Assembly (NCBI GenBank): GCA_017620655.1
Contig: JAGAUT010000034.1
Span: 68,844 to 132,843 of the forward strand
Length of the DNA stretch: 64,000 bases
DNA from: Clostridia bacterium
GTDB taxonomy: Bacteria > Bacillota > Clostridia > Oscillospirales > CAG-382
Direction of reading: 5' to 3'
The notes beneath the pieces are model-generated. The model saw only the letters and a list, made by a program, of their open reading frames with translations. It was not told the DNA's origin and ran no database searches. The stretch's first letter is position 1, and the number at the start of each line of letters is the position of its first letter. The translations under genes and the position numbers were made by a program. Shown one piece after another: positions 8,610 through 19,220 of this stretch.

Positions 8610-8684
8610 TGGCACCCGCAGCGGGAATCGAACCCACAACTAGCCCTTAGGAGGGGCTTGTTATATCCATTTAACTATGCAGGC
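8610..8684 (-). tRNA. tRNA-Arg (anticodon CCT)
   Basis: Hand-folded 75-nt cloverleaf on the minus strand. The acceptor is GCCTGCA/TGCGGGT, with G1-U72 and U4-G69 wobbles. The D arm is GTTA-AATGGATA-TAAC. The anticodon arm is AGCCC-CTCCTAA-GGGCT. The T arm is GTGGG-TTCGATT-CCCGC. The discriminator is G and CCA is encoded. Confidence 0.85.
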
Positions 8685-8700
8685 ATATTTTACTATTGAT

Positions 8701-8728
8701 ATTATACACAAAATCACACGTTTGTCAA
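8701..8728 (-). promoter_or_regulatory. Consensus promoter of tRNA-Arg
   Basis: Minus strand reads TTGACA (8723-8728), 16-nt spacer, TATAAT (8701-8706). The tRNA 5' end at 8684 is about 17 nt downstream of the -10. Confidence 0.6.
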
Positions 8729-8737
8729 GTCGAAACA

Positions 8738-8757
8738 CGGCACCCTTTCGGGTGCCG
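8738..8757 (-). terminator. Hairpin after the GH13 gene
   Basis: cggcaccc (8738-8745) pairs with gggtgccg (8750-8757) around a tttc loop, 6 nt after the GH13 stop. The T-tract is weak. Confidence 0.45.
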
Positions 8758-8763
8758 ATTTGT

Positions 8764-10653
8764 TTACTTGAGTATTTTTGCACTCATGGCAGGAAGAATT
8801 ACTTCATCCTTTTCGGGTTTTCCGACAAGAAGCTCTGTGTACTTGCCTTTAACCTCAAATGATTTTTCCTCATCCGAGGTGTTTACGAGAATCAAAAGAC
8901 TGCCTCTTTTATAAACCACAAGTCCGTCGTTACGGCATACAAATTCGAGGGGTGACGAATGAAGCGATGATTCTTCTTTCTTTATATGGCATAGCCTTGT
9001 ATAGTGGCTGACAAGCTCTTTATTTTCCCTGCCCCACGGATAGGGTCTGCGGCAGAACGGGTCGTGATAACCCTCCATTCCCGCCTCATCGCCGTAGTAA
9101 ATCATGGGCATACCCGGAAGCGTAAACTGCAAAACGGATGCAACCTTCAGCTTTTGTATACCGTCACGTAGCTGCTCGGGTGTCATTTTCTTTGTCGAAA
9201 GTTCTGCATTGGTCTTGCCTTCGGGAGACTCACCGCCGAGGATTGTAAGTATTCTCTCGGTATCGTGGCTTCCCACAAGATTCATAAGAACATCCGAGCA
9301 GAACTGCGGATAACTCGAATATATTTCGGTTACAGAGTTATAAAACTTTTCGGCGTTTTTATCCTTGATAAAGTCGATAATTGCGTACTTTACGGGGTAG
9401 TTCATAACAGAATCAAGCTGTTTACCGCGGAAGTATTTACGTCTTTTATCGTAGGACACCTTATCTGCGGCGTTTTCCCACACTTCGCCTATTATGAGAG
9501 CGTCTTTCTTTTCTTGTTTTGCCGCCTTATTCAGACCTTCAAGAAAAGATTCGGAAAGCTCATCGGCAACATCGAGTCTCCAGCCGTCAATTCCGCTTTT
9601 TATCCATTTTCTGACAATGCCCCTCTCAGACAGGAAATAGTCCTGTACCTTAGGGTTATCCCCCATAAGCCGAGGCAGGATTTCAATGCCCCACCAAGCC
9701 TCATATTTATTCGGGAACTCCTCAAACTTATACCAGTCAAAATACTTACTCTTTTGCGACTGATACGCTCCGACACTCTTATACTTACCGTAGCGGTTGA
9801 AGTATTTACTGTCATCGCCCGTATGATTGAAAACGCCATCGAGAACAATTCTCATGTCACGTTTTTTTGCTTCTTTGATAAGTTCGTCAAATGCGCTTTG
9901 TCCGCCAAACATTTCATCGACAGTTTCATAGTCACCCGTGTCGTACTTATGATTTGAAAAAGCCTTGAATATGGGACAAAAATAGAGGATATTTACGCCG
10001 AGTTCTTTAAGATAATCAAGCTTTTCGATAACGCCCCACAAAGTTCCGCCGAAGAACATATTATTCTCCAAGGGCTCACCGTTTTTTGCGGCAAATTCAG
10101 GGATGCCGTCATACCAATCGTCATTGATTTTGCAGTCATCTCTGACAGGCACTTTTTTGTTTCCCTTACAAAAGCGGTCAACAAAAATCTGGTACATAAC
10201 TCCATTCTTTGCCCAATCGGGTGTGGAAAAATCCTTATTATACACTAAAAGTCTGAAGGGTTTTGTGCTATCAAGATCGGAAAAGCAATAATCAACGTTA
10301 TTTATGGAATGGGAATAAAAAGCACGGTTTCCGACAAAAAGCTTTATCTTCCAGAAAAACAGACCGTCGCCGTCGGGACAAAGCTTACTGAAATCAAGGC
10401 TTACCGAATAAAAGTCGGTATTACCTTCGAGATTTTCAAAAGGAAGCTCAATTTCGCTGTATTTTTCAAGGTTGTCGTCGTCAAGGCAGAGATATACCTT
10501 TGTTACGCCCAGTTTTCTTGTGATTTCAAGCTCTATTTTCAGTTTTTCAGAACATGAAAATGCACCTCTGCCAAAGGCGTTTTTACCTTTGGCAGATTTT
10601 TTGATGTTTATAAAGTTTTTAATATCGTCACTTGCGATAAGATGAGGCAGCAT
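8764..10653 (-). CDS. GH13 alpha-glucan hydrolase (neopullulanase/alpha-amylase-like)
   Basis: The GH13 conserved regions are present: DGVFNHTG, GWRLDVADE, GEVWE and VGSHDT. Its start overlaps the glgP stop (TAATG). Confidence 0.85.
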   Translation of the reverse strand: MLPHLIASDDIKNFINIKKSAKGKNAFGRGAFSCSEKLKIELEITRKLGVTKVYLCLDDDNLEKYSEIELPFENLEGNTDFYSVSLDFSKLCPDGDGLFFWKIKLFVGNRAFYSHSINNVDYCFSDLDSTKPFRLLVYNKDFSTPDWAKNGVMYQIFVDRFCKGNKKVPVRDDCKINDDWYDGIPEFAAKNGEPLENNMFFGGTLWGVIEKLDYLKELGVNILYFCPIFKAFSNHKYDTGDYETVDEMFGGQSAFDELIKEAKKRDMRIVLDGVFNHTGDDSKYFNRYGKYKSVGAYQSQKSKYFDWYKFEEFPNKYEAWWGIEILPRLMGDNPKVQDYFLSERGIVRKWIKSGIDGWRLDVADELSESFLEGLNKAAKQEKKDALIIGEVWENAADKVSYDKRRKYFRGKQLDSVMNYPVKYAIIDFIKDKNAEKFYNSVTEIYSSYPQFCSDVLMNLVGSHDTERILTILGGESPEGKTNAELSTKKMTPEQLRDGIQKLKVASVLQFTLPGMPMIYYGDEAGMEGYHDPFCRRPYPWGRENKELVSHYTRLCHIKKEESSLHSSPLEFVCRNDGLVVYKRGSLLILVNTSDEEKSFEVKGKYTELLVGKPEKDEVILPAMSAKILK

Positions 10654-13088
10654 TACTTTTTCTTATTCTCCGATGTGATTTTGGAAAGGTGCCAGATATT
10701 CTTTGCATAGTCTTCTATGCTTCTGTCGGATGCAAACTTACCAGATGCTGCAATATTCATAAGCGACATTCTCTGCCACTTATCCTTATTAAGGTAATCT
10801 TTTGCCACCTGATCCTTACAAAGCATATAAGAATCAAAGTCTGCAAGGCACATATAGGGGTCGGAAATACCGCCTCTGCCGACGAGAAGATAGTCATAAA
10901 CATTTGCAAAGCTTTCGCCGTTAAAGCCTGTATTGAAGGCATCAACAACCTTTTTAAGTCTTGCGTTATGATGATAGTAGGAGGAAGCATTGTAGCCCTT
11001 GAGCCAGAGGTCATCAACCTCGGGAGTTGTAAGACCGAAGATATAGATGTTATCCTTACCTACCTCTTCAAGCATTTCAACATTTGCTCCGTCAAGAGTA
11101 CCAACAGTAAGCGCACCGTTTATCATAAACTTCATGTTACCCGTACCGCTTGCTTCCTTACCTGCAAGGCTTATCTGTTCACTGATATCAGCGGCAGGCA
11201 TAAGGCTTTCAGCAAGGCTTACGCAGTAGTTTTCAAGGAACACAACCTGAAGCTTTTCGGAAAGCTTGGGGTTCTTATTGATATCGGCAGAAATAGCGCA
11301 GATAAGCTTTATAATCTGCTTTGCCATATCGTAACCGGGAGCCGCCTTTGCACCGAAGATAAAGGTCTGAGGTGTAACATCAAGGTCGGGGTTTTCCTTG
11401 AGGGCAATATATCTGTCAACAATTCTCATGGCATTGAGAAGCTGTCTCTTATATTCGTGAAGACGCTTAGCCTGTACGTCAAATACCGAATCGGGATTGA
11501 TCTTGACACCTGTCTTCTTGAACACGAGGTCAGAGAATGCCACCTTATTGGAGTGCTTAATCTGACTGAGTCTTTCAAGAACGCTCTTGTCGTCTGCATA
11601 TTTTTCAAACTTACGAAGTTCATACGGCTTTGTTCTGTAGCCGCTTCCGATTGTTTCGTCAAGAAGTGCCGCAAGCGACGGGTTGGAATAGCAGAGCCAT
11701 CTTCTGTGGGCAATACCGTTTGTGACATTAGTGAACTTTTCGGGATACATCTTATAAAGATCCTTGAAGCAGGAATTCTTTAAGATTTCCGAGTGAAGTG
11801 CAGAAACGCCGTTTACCGTATGGGATGCGATAACAGAAAGATTCGCCATTCTTATCTGGTTATATGCCATAATTGACATGGCACTTATCTTATCAAAGTT
11901 ACCAACCTTATCCCATGCTTCAATACAGAAGCGTCTGTTGATTTCGCAAAGGATGTTATAGATTCTGGGAAGCTTGAGACGGAAGAGATCTTCATTCCAT
12001 GTTTCAAGCGCTTCGGGCATAACTGTATGGTTTGTATAGGAAACAATCTTTGTAACAAGATCCCATGCCTTTTCCCACGAGAAGCAGTAATCATCAAGGA
12101 AGATTCTCATAAGCTCGGGAATACAGAGGGCAGGATGTGTATCGTTGATATGGATTGCAACCTTTTCGTGAAGGTTTTCCAAGGTTCCGTATACCGCCAT
12201 ATGGTCGCGGATAATGCTCTGGCAGGATGCAGAGGTAAGGAAATACTGCTGGGTAAGTCGAAGCATCTTACCTTCAAGGTGGTTATCGGAGGGATAAAGT
12301 ACCTTGCAGATAGCTTCTGCGTTGGTATTCTTTTCCATCGCCTTCATATACTGACCCTGTGTAAATGCCTTCATATCGAAGTTTGTTATATCTCTTGCTT
12401 TCCATAGGCGCAGAAGCGACACAGCTTCGCTGTTTGCACCCGAAATCATCATATCGTATGCACATGCTTCAACTTCTTCTGCATCCTCATAAAGGATTTC
12501 GCATCTGCCATCCTTCCACTCTTCCTTTATTCTTCCGTCAAAACGAACCTTGAAGGTTCTGTCGGTTCTGGGAACAAGCCACACTTCACCGCCGGGAAGC
12601 CATACGTCTGGAAGCTCTACCTGAAGTCCGTCAACAAGCTTCTGTTTGAAAAGACCGTATTCATAAAGAATGGAAAAGCCTGTTGCAGGATAGTCAAGAG
12701 ACGAAAGCGAGTCCATAAAGCAGGCTGCAAGTCGGCCGAGACCGCCGTTGCCAAGACCTGCATCGGGTTCTTCTTCATACAGGTCATTAAGATTAAAGCC
12801 CATTTCGGAAAGTACGTCCGAATACTGCTTTTCAAGACCCAAATTGCAAAGATTTGTTTTGAATGATCTTCCGAGAAGGAATTCCATACACATATAGTAA
12901 ACTCTCTTGCCGCCCTTGGCATTTACGAGCTTCTTATAGTCGTTTCTCTTTTCGGTAAGAATATCCTTAACCGTAATTGCACAAGCCTTATACATCTGCT
13001 CGCGTGTTGCCTCTTTGGGAGAAACACCGAAATGACGTGAAAGCTTTATTTCAATATTCTGTTTTACCTGTGTTTTACTAAGCGCCAT
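10653..13088 (-). CDS. glgP: Glycogen/maltodextrin phosphorylase (GT35)
   Basis: 811 aa with the pyridoxal-phosphate region EASGTGNMKFMINGALTVGTLDGANVE. Confidence 0.92.
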   Translation of the reverse strand: MALSKTQVKQNIEIKLSRHFGVSPKEATREQMYKACAITVKDILTEKRNDYKKLVNAKGGKRVYYMCMEFLLGRSFKTNLCNLGLEKQYSDVLSEMGFNLNDLYEEEPDAGLGNGGLGRLAACFMDSLSSLDYPATGFSILYEYGLFKQKLVDGLQVELPDVWLPGGEVWLVPRTDRTFKVRFDGRIKEEWKDGRCEILYEDAEEVEACAYDMMISGANSEAVSLLRLWKARDITNFDMKAFTQGQYMKAMEKNTNAEAICKVLYPSDNHLEGKMLRLTQQYFLTSASCQSIIRDHMAVYGTLENLHEKVAIHINDTHPALCIPELMRIFLDDYCFSWEKAWDLVTKIVSYTNHTVMPEALETWNEDLFRLKLPRIYNILCEINRRFCIEAWDKVGNFDKISAMSIMAYNQIRMANLSVIASHTVNGVSALHSEILKNSCFKDLYKMYPEKFTNVTNGIAHRRWLCYSNPSLAALLDETIGSGYRTKPYELRKFEKYADDKSVLERLSQIKHSNKVAFSDLVFKKTGVKINPDSVFDVQAKRLHEYKRQLLNAMRIVDRYIALKENPDLDVTPQTFIFGAKAAPGYDMAKQIIKLICAISADINKNPKLSEKLQVVFLENYCVSLAESLMPAADISEQISLAGKEASGTGNMKFMINGALTVGTLDGANVEMLEEVGKDNIYIFGLTTPEVDDLWLKGYNASSYYHHNARLKKVVDAFNTGFNGESFANVYDYLLVGRGGISDPYMCLADFDSYMLCKDQVAKDYLNKDKWQRMSLMNIAASGKFASDRSIEDYAKNIWHLSKITSENKKK

Positions 13089-13120
13089 TATATATATTCA
13101 ACCTTTCAGTTTTATTGCCA

Positions 13121-13157
13121 ATAAAAAAACTCAAACGGGGTGAATAATATCACCCCG
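13121..13157 (-). terminator. Terminator-like hairpin between glgA and glgP
   Basis: cggggtga (13136-13143) pairs with tcaccccg (13150-13157). On the minus strand it is followed by tttgagTTTTTTTat. Confidence 0.5.
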
Positions 13158-13182
13158 AAGAATAAAATTATCTAAAGTAATT

Positions 13183-14637
13183 CTAACACAGATTCTCGTA
13201 CATTTCAATATACTTTTTAGCTGAAATATTCCAGCTGAAGTCTATGTTCATTATCTTTTTTGTCAAACGGGTCCACTTGTCACCGTCTCCATAGAGCCCG
13301 AGTGCTGCCTCGATGCGGTCTTTGAGCTCTGCCTCAGAGTAATTTGCAAAAGTAAAGCCGTTGCCGTAAATCTCGCCGTCAAGCTCATAATAACCCTTGA
13401 TTGAGTCGTAAAGACCGCCCGTTTCTCTTGTTACGGGCACTGTACCGTAGCGGGATGCAATCATCTGTGCAAGTCCGCAAGGCTCGCTCTTTGAGGGCAT
13501 TACGAATATATCCGCACCTGCGTAAATTCTCTTTGACAGGTCTCTGTCATAAGTGATAAGTGCCTTTACCTTTTCGGGATACTTGGCATCGAGATACTTA
13601 AAGTAGTTTTCGTATCTTTCTTCACCCTTGCCGAGTATTACAAGCTGAACATCGTTATTCGCCACAACACTTTCCATTATGCGTTCAACAAGGTCAAGAC
13701 CCTTATGTCCTGCAAGACGTGTAATGATAGCAATGAGCGGAACATTCTTCTTTTCGGGAAGTCCGCATTCCTTCTGAAGTGCCTTTTTGCACTTTGCCTT
13801 ACCCGAAAGGTCATCAGCGGTAAATGTTGCCTTAATTGCCTTATCGGTTTCGGGATTATAGTAATCGTAGTCGATACCGTTAAGGATGCCCGAAAGCTTA
13901 TAATTGTTTTCACGAAGGATATAATGAAGTCCTTCGGAATGTTCGGGGTACTTAATTTCCTTGGAGTATGTGGGGCTTACGGTTGTAACTCTGTCGGCAC
14001 ACACAATAGCACCCTTCATGAGATTGATGCAGCCGTCATACGACATAATCGATGCATACTTATAGTCTATGCCGAAAATATCCCAGAGTATACCCATATC
14101 ATATTTCCCCTGATATGCGATATTATGGATGGTATATATACCACGCATATTCTTATATTCGGGAACTTCTCTGTACTCTGTCTTGAGGTACACCATAGTA
14201 AGTGCACTCTGCCAGTCATGGGCGTGAAGAATGTCGGGATAGAAGCCGAGTCTCGGCATCATCTGCATTACCGCCTTACAGAAGTAGGCATATCTTTCGC
14301 CATCGTCAAAGTTTCCGTACATATCGGGACGCTTGAAATAATACTCATTGTCGATAAAGTAATATATCACACCGTCCTTTTCAAGGCTGAGTACTCCGCA
14401 GTACTGCTTACGCCATGCAAGGTCAACCTCGAAAACGCACTCAAGTTGAAGCATTTTTCTGTATTCGTCCTTCATGGCACTGTAAAGCGGCATTACTAGT
14501 CTTACGTCGGCATTCTTCATTTCAGCCTGAACTGCCGCGGGAAGTGAACCGAGAACGTCGCCGAGACCGCCTGTTGCGGCAAAGGGCATTGCCTCGCCGC
14601 CCACCATCAATATTTTCTTTTTCTTCTTTGTAGCCAT
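13183..14637 (-). CDS. glgA: Glycogen synthase (ADP-glucose type, GT5)
   Basis: The N-terminus ILMVGGEAMPFAATGGLGDV (KTGGL-type motif) and the length fit GlgA. I prefer the ATG at 14637, which has an AGGTGA RBS 6 nt upstream, over the GTG at 14646. Confidence 0.9.
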   Translation of the reverse strand: MATKKKKKILMVGGEAMPFAATGGLGDVLGSLPAAVQAEMKNADVRLVMPLYSAMKDEYRKMLQLECVFEVDLAWRKQYCGVLSLEKDGVIYYFIDNEYYFKRPDMYGNFDDGERYAYFCKAVMQMMPRLGFYPDILHAHDWQSALTMVYLKTEYREVPEYKNMRGIYTIHNIAYQGKYDMGILWDIFGIDYKYASIMSYDGCINLMKGAIVCADRVTTVSPTYSKEIKYPEHSEGLHYILRENNYKLSGILNGIDYDYYNPETDKAIKATFTADDLSGKAKCKKALQKECGLPEKKNVPLIAIITRLAGHKGLDLVERIMESVVANNDVQLVILGKGEERYENYFKYLDAKYPEKVKALITYDRDLSKRIYAGADIFVMPSKSEPCGLAQMIASRYGTVPVTRETGGLYDSIKGYYELDGEIYGNGFTFANYSEAELKDRIEAALGLYGDGDKWTRLTKKIMNIDFSWNISAKKYIEMYENLC

Positions 14638-14703
14638 ATATTTCACCTGTCAAATCAATTTTGAGGAAAGCCTGAGGCTTTCAACCATAATTCTGCGTTC
14701 CGC

Positions 14704-15840
14704 CTATATAACCGGTCCCTTTGCAAGCGAGAAGGGATGTGTCTCATGACCCGAAAGGTTTCTGCCGTCCTTGATAACAACGTTCTTATCTGCAATTACA
14801 CAGTTGAGATTTACGTCCTTACCGACGGTGGAATCCTGCATGATAATACAGTTCTTGATAACCGTACCCTTGCCAACGTGAACGCCTCTGAACAGGATGG
14901 AATTCTCAACTACGCCTTCAATCACACAGCCATCAGCGATAAGAGAATTCTTGACAGACGCACCCTCCATATACTTTGCGGGTGCAGAGTTCTTGACCTT
15001 TGTATAAACAGGTCTTGACTTTACGCCGAAGACACAGTCTCTTACCTCTGCGCTGAGCAAATCCATGCTGCTCTTGAAGTAGCCGTCAAGGGTGTTGATT
15101 GTTGCAAAATAGCCGGCATACTCATACTTCATGAACTTCATGTTATCCTTGTTCGCCGCAATGATATCCTTTGTAAAGCTCTTATAGCCGCGGGAAAGGG
15201 TATCAATGATAATTCTGTTGAGGTATTCACGTCTCAGAACAAAAATATTAAGGCAGACATCGAGCATGCCTTCCATAGAGGCAGGATTATCAACAAGATT
15301 TGTAACTCTGCCGTTATCATCAGATTCAACGATTGTACAGTTCTTTGCGTTTTCCTTTGTCATGTATACATTCTTTGTGACAAGAGTGATATCCGCACCG
15401 TTGTCAACATGGAACTTTATAACATCCTTGAGGTCAATATTGCATACGATATCGCAGTCGGAAAGAACTATGTATTCCTCTGTGCTCTTGGAAACAAAGT
15501 TATATGCATTCATGAGAGCATCAAGACGGGAGGAGAATACTGTCTTTGTACCGGCGTTGTCAAAGGTTGTAATCTGGGGAGGAAGAATTTTGAGACCGCC
15601 TGTGCTTCGAGCCAGATCCCAGTCCTTACCTGTGCCGAGGTGGTCAACAAGTGACTGATAGTTATAGTGTGTAATAATACCCACCTTTGTGATATTTGCA
15701 TTTACCATATTGGAAAGTGCAAAGTCAACAAGTCTGTATCTGCCGCCGAAGGGAACAGACGCCATGCTTCTCTTGCCCGTAAGCTCGGGGACATTTCTGT
15801 CATGAATATTTGAGAATATAAGTCCTGCTGCTGTAGCCAT
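14704..15840 (-). CDS. glgD: Glucose-1-phosphate adenylyltransferase regulatory subunit GlgD
   Basis: 378 aa, homologous in layout to GlgC but lacking its GGxGxRL motif. It follows glgC with a 1-nt stop/start overlap, as in Bacillus-type glgBCDAP operons. Confidence 0.85.
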   Translation of the reverse strand: MATAAGLIFSNIHDRNVPELTGKRSMASVPFGGRYRLVDFALSNMVNANITKVGIITHYNYQSLVDHLGTGKDWDLARSTGGLKILPPQITTFDNAGTKTVFSSRLDALMNAYNFVSKSTEEYIVLSDCDIVCNIDLKDVIKFHVDNGADITLVTKNVYMTKENAKNCTIVESDDNGRVTNLVDNPASMEGMLDVCLNIFVLRREYLNRIIIDTLSRGYKSFTKDIIAANKDNMKFMKYEYAGYFATINTLDGYFKSSMDLLSAEVRDCVFGVKSRPVYTKVKNSAPAKYMEGASVKNSLIADGCVIEGVVENSILFRGVHVGKGTVIKNCIIMQDSTVGKDVNLNCVIADKNVVIKDGRNLSGHETHPFSLAKGPVI

Positions 15841-17045
15841 TACTTGTTTCCTCCCTTCACATCTTCTGCACTGAGGATTTTTCCTTCATCAATTTTTGTG
15901 CCTGCAGGAAGGACTGCTCCCATTCCGAGAACCGTAACTTCCTTTGCCTTTTCCTTGTCGTTTCCGACAACGGCTCCTTCGCCCACAATTGCTTCTTCGT
16001 CAATGATTGAGTAAAGCACAGACGCGTTCTTCTTCACGGTTGTACCCTGCATAATAACGGAATCCTTGACTACCGCACCTTCTTCTACCGTGACGTTTGC
16101 AGAAAGAACAGAGTTTATAACTGTACCGTTAATTACGCAGCCTTCTGTGATAATCGAGTTTTCCACAACTGCGTTTTCGCCGATAAACTGGGGAGCTGCC
16201 GCAACGTTTCTCGAACGGAATCTCCAATTATCATCGTCAATGTCAAATTCGGGGTTCTTTCCGAGAAGATCCATATTTGCTTCCCAGAGACTCTTGATAG
16301 TTCCTACATCCTTCCAGTAGCCGTCAAACTCATATGCATACATAGGCTCGCCTCTCTGGAGCATGGTGGGAATAATATTCTTACCGAAGTCATTGGAGGA
16401 GCCTTCTGTGTTTTCGTCCTCAATGAGGTACTTGAACAGCACGTCCTTATTGAATATGTAAATACCCATGGACGCCTTTGTACTCTGAGGTTTGGGAGGC
16501 TTTTCCTCAAACTTGAATATCTTATTGTTTTCGTCGGACGAAAGAATGCCGAATCTGCTTGCTTCTTCGATGGGCACATTGAGTACACTGATTGTGCAGG
16601 CAGCACCCGTCTTCTTATGGAACTGAAGCATCTTTGCATAGTCCATTTTATAGATATGGTCTCCCGAAAGAATGAGAACATATTCGGGGTCGTATCTTTC
16701 AATATATTTGAGGTTCTGATAAATGGCATTTGCCGTACCCTTATACCAGTCAGCACCGTTCTTGCCCTGATAAGGGGGAAGCACCGTTACGCCGCCGAAG
16801 GTTCTGTCAAGGTCCCACGGCTGGCCGTTGCCGATATATTCATTGAGCTGCAAGGGCTGATACTGCGTGAGAACACCTACAGTATCGATATTGGAGTTGA
16901 TACAGTTAGAGAGGGGAAAATCGATGATGCGGTACTTTGAGCCAAAGGAAACGGCAGGCTTTGCCGTAAATTCGGTAAGAGCATAGAGTCTTGAGCCCTG
17001 ACCGCCTGCAAGTAACATTGCTACGCACTCTTTTTTCTTGAACAT
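15840..17045 (-). CDS. glgC: Glucose-1-phosphate adenylyltransferase
   Basis: [16 protein letters not shown] nucleotidyltransferase motif plus a C-terminal left-handed beta-helix region. Confidence 0.92.
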   Translation of the reverse strand: MFKKKECVAMLLAGGQGSRLYALTEFTAKPAVSFGSKYRIIDFPLSNCINSNIDTVGVLTQYQPLQLNEYIGNGQPWDLDRTFGGVTVLPPYQGKNGADWYKGTANAIYQNLKYIERYDPEYVLILSGDHIYKMDYAKMLQFHKKTGAACTISVLNVPIEEASRFGILSSDENNKIFKFEEKPPKPQSTKASMGIYIFNKDVLFKYLIEDENTEGSSNDFGKNIIPTMLQRGEPMYAYEFDGYWKDVGTIKSLWEANMDLLGKNPEFDIDDDNWRFRSRNVAAAPQFIGENAVVENSIITEGCVINGTVINSVLSANVTVEEGAVVKDSVIMQGTTVKKNASVLYSIIDEEAIVGEGAVVGNDKEKAKEVTVLGMGAVLPAGTKIDEGKILSAEDVKGGNK

Positions 17046-17080
17046 TTATATAAAACCTCCATACGTTTTATTATCGTTTT

Positions 17081-18970
17081 TTATTTCGCCTTTTTCTTGA
17101 TGTTTTTAAGAACAACCGAGCCATACGGTCCGATATCCAGCTGTATTGAATATGGCATATTGTGACAGCCTTCATATCTTACGGAAATCGGTTCATTATT
17201 TACCATACCCGTGCCGCCGTATTTAAAATCGTCGCTGTTTATCAGCTCTTCGTAAACACCGTCATAAGGGACTCCGCAGATATATCCGTATCTGCCGACG
17301 GGTGTAAGATTTACAATGACAATATCCGCATTACCCTTTGCATCATATCTCACATAGGAAAGCATACTCCAGTCCCGGTTATCTGCATCTATCCACTGAA
17401 ATCCCGACCAGGAGTTTTCTACCTCCCACATGGATTTGTTTTCAAGATATACAAAATTCAAATCTCTTGAGAAGTCTTTAAATTTGGAATGGGATTCGTA
17501 ATCGAGAAGGAACCACTCAATACTTCCCTTGTAGTCCCACTCCCTGAACTGACCGATTTCATTGCCCATAAAGTGCAGTTTCTTTCCCGGATGGGTCATC
17601 ATATACGTAAGAAACGCCCTTGTGGATGCAAACTTCTGCCAGTAATCCCCCACCGCCTTATCAAGAAGTGACTTCTTTCCATGCACCACTTCATCGTGCG
17701 ATATGGGAAGAATGAAGTTTTCGTTAAAGGCGTACATGAGCGAGAAAGTCAGCTTTTCGTGATGATACTTTCTAAACACCGGGTCTGTTTCGATATATTT
17801 GAGAACATCGTTCATCCAGCCCATGTTCCACTTATGCGTAAAGCCGAGTCCCTCGGGTTTTGTAACATCCTTCCAGCTTGTGGATTCCTCGGCAATGAGA
17901 AGCGTGTCCGGGCAGGTATCACGTATAACACGCGAAAGCTTTTGGAAAAAGGCAACCGCCTCTTTGCAGTGATTGCTTCCGTCTTCGTTGGGAAACCACT
18001 CGCCCGGTTCTCTGTCAAAGTCAAGATACAGCATGGATGCCACCGCATCAACCCTCAACCCGTCGGCGTGATATTCCTTTAACCAGAATAGTGCATTTGA
18101 TATGAGGAAGGACTGAACTTCGTTGCGTCCCACGTCAAAACGTCTTGTTCCCCATCCTCTGCTTTCCATTCTGTCCCAGCCCTGATATTCGTAAAGCGGA
18201 CCGCCGTCAAATTCGTAGAGTCCGTGTGCGTCTTTCGGGAAATGCGCAGGCACCCAGTCGAGAATTACTCCGATTCCGGCCGAGTGCATATAGTCAATGA
18301 AAAACTTGAAATCATCGGGGTTTCCGTATCTTGATGTCGGTGCAAAATAGCCCGTCACCTGATATCCCCACGAGCCGTCAAAGGGATGCTCCATAATGGG
18401 CATCAGCTCAACATGGGTATATCCCATGCTCTTGACATAGGGTGCAAGCTCGAGGGCAAGCTCCCTGTAGCTGAGAAAACTTCCGTCCTCTTTGAGCTTC
18501 CACGAACCTGCATGCACCTCATAAATATTCATAGGGGTGCCGTAAGGCTCCTTCATTGTCTTTTTTCTGTATTTGAGCCATGAAGCATCCTGCCATTCAT
18601 ACTTTGAAATATCAAAAAGTCTTGATGCCGTTTTTGGAGGAAGCTCGGCATAAAAGGCATAGGGGTCAGCCTTATACTCCGTCTTCAGGTCCCTGACAAT
18701 TACATACTTGTAAATGTCGCTTTCGGAAAAGCTGTCGGCAGGGACTTCAATGCTCCACACACCGCCCTCGCTCTCTCTTGTCATGGGATGGGTTTTCTTC
18801 CATTCGTTGAAGTCGGCGGCAAGATAAACCTCATCGGCATTGGGCGCCCATGTGCGGAAGATGTAAACGTTTTTCTTGCTGTCAAAATGAGCACCCATAT
18901 AATTGAAAGCATTAAAATTTGTGCCTTCGTGAAAATAATACTGTGCCGTATTTGTCTTCTTTACAGCCAT
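17081..18970 (-). CDS. glgB: 1,4-alpha-glucan branching enzyme
   Basis: 629 aa with the GH13 branching-enzyme motifs DWVPAHF, GLRVDAVASM and AEESTSW. Confidence 0.92.
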   Translation of the reverse strand: MAVKKTNTAQYYFHEGTNFNAFNYMGAHFDSKKNVYIFRTWAPNADEVYLAADFNEWKKTHPMTRESEGGVWSIEVPADSFSESDIYKYVIVRDLKTEYKADPYAFYAELPPKTASRLFDISKYEWQDASWLKYRKKTMKEPYGTPMNIYEVHAGSWKLKEDGSFLSYRELALELAPYVKSMGYTHVELMPIMEHPFDGSWGYQVTGYFAPTSRYGNPDDFKFFIDYMHSAGIGVILDWVPAHFPKDAHGLYEFDGGPLYEYQGWDRMESRGWGTRRFDVGRNEVQSFLISNALFWLKEYHADGLRVDAVASMLYLDFDREPGEWFPNEDGSNHCKEAVAFFQKLSRVIRDTCPDTLLIAEESTSWKDVTKPEGLGFTHKWNMGWMNDVLKYIETDPVFRKYHHEKLTFSLMYAFNENFILPISHDEVVHGKKSLLDKAVGDYWQKFASTRAFLTYMMTHPGKKLHFMGNEIGQFREWDYKGSIEWFLLDYESHSKFKDFSRDLNFVYLENKSMWEVENSWSGFQWIDADNRDWSMLSYVRYDAKGNADIVIVNLTPVGRYGYICGVPYDGVYEELINSDDFKYGGTGMVNNEPISVRYEGCHNMPYSIQLDIGPYGSVVLKNIKKKAK

Positions 18971-19170
18971 ACTTCTCCCCTTCTACAGTTATTCTTATAT
19001 ATATAATACCACACTCACGCATTTAAATCAACAATTTGGAAGCAGAATATTAAAAGTTTTTTATCATAATTTGTTATTTATATGTAAACGTGTAAAAAAT
19101 ATCGTTTGTTTTTGTGCAATATATACATATTTTGTCGAATGTTCAATGAGCATGTATTTTTCATTTGTTA

Positions 19171-19210
19171 ACAATCAAAAAAGGGACGGCTGCAAAAAAA
19201 GCAACCGTCC
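19171..19210 (-). terminator. Terminator after the MFS gene
   Basis: ggacggctgc (19184-19193) pairs with gcaaccgtcc (19201-19210). The single odd pair is a G-U only on the minus strand. It is followed by cTTTTTTgatt on the minus strand. Confidence 0.6.
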
Positions 19211-19220
19211 AAAAAACTCT

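Noticed and set aside
5580-8610. A tRNA-Arg-targeted integrative island with att repeats.
   Set aside because: There is no integrase, and I could find no copy of the tRNA 3' segment near 5.6 kb by eye. Only the compositional and positional hint remains, reported as a low-key finding.
10689-11783. A 364-aa ORF antisense to glgP. Similar long antisense ORFs lie at 13705-14499, 9265-9957, 45885-46490 and 46734-47543.
   Set aside because: All lie entirely inside strongly supported genes on the opposite strand. They have low-complexity Cys/Ile/Phe-rich translations and no RBS.
19083-19096. A cre-like (CcpA) site, TGTAAACGTGTAAA, upstream of glgB.
   Set aside because: It has two mismatches to the palindromic TGWAANCGNTNWCA consensus, including the conserved distal C. 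That is too weak to call without a scoring matrix.
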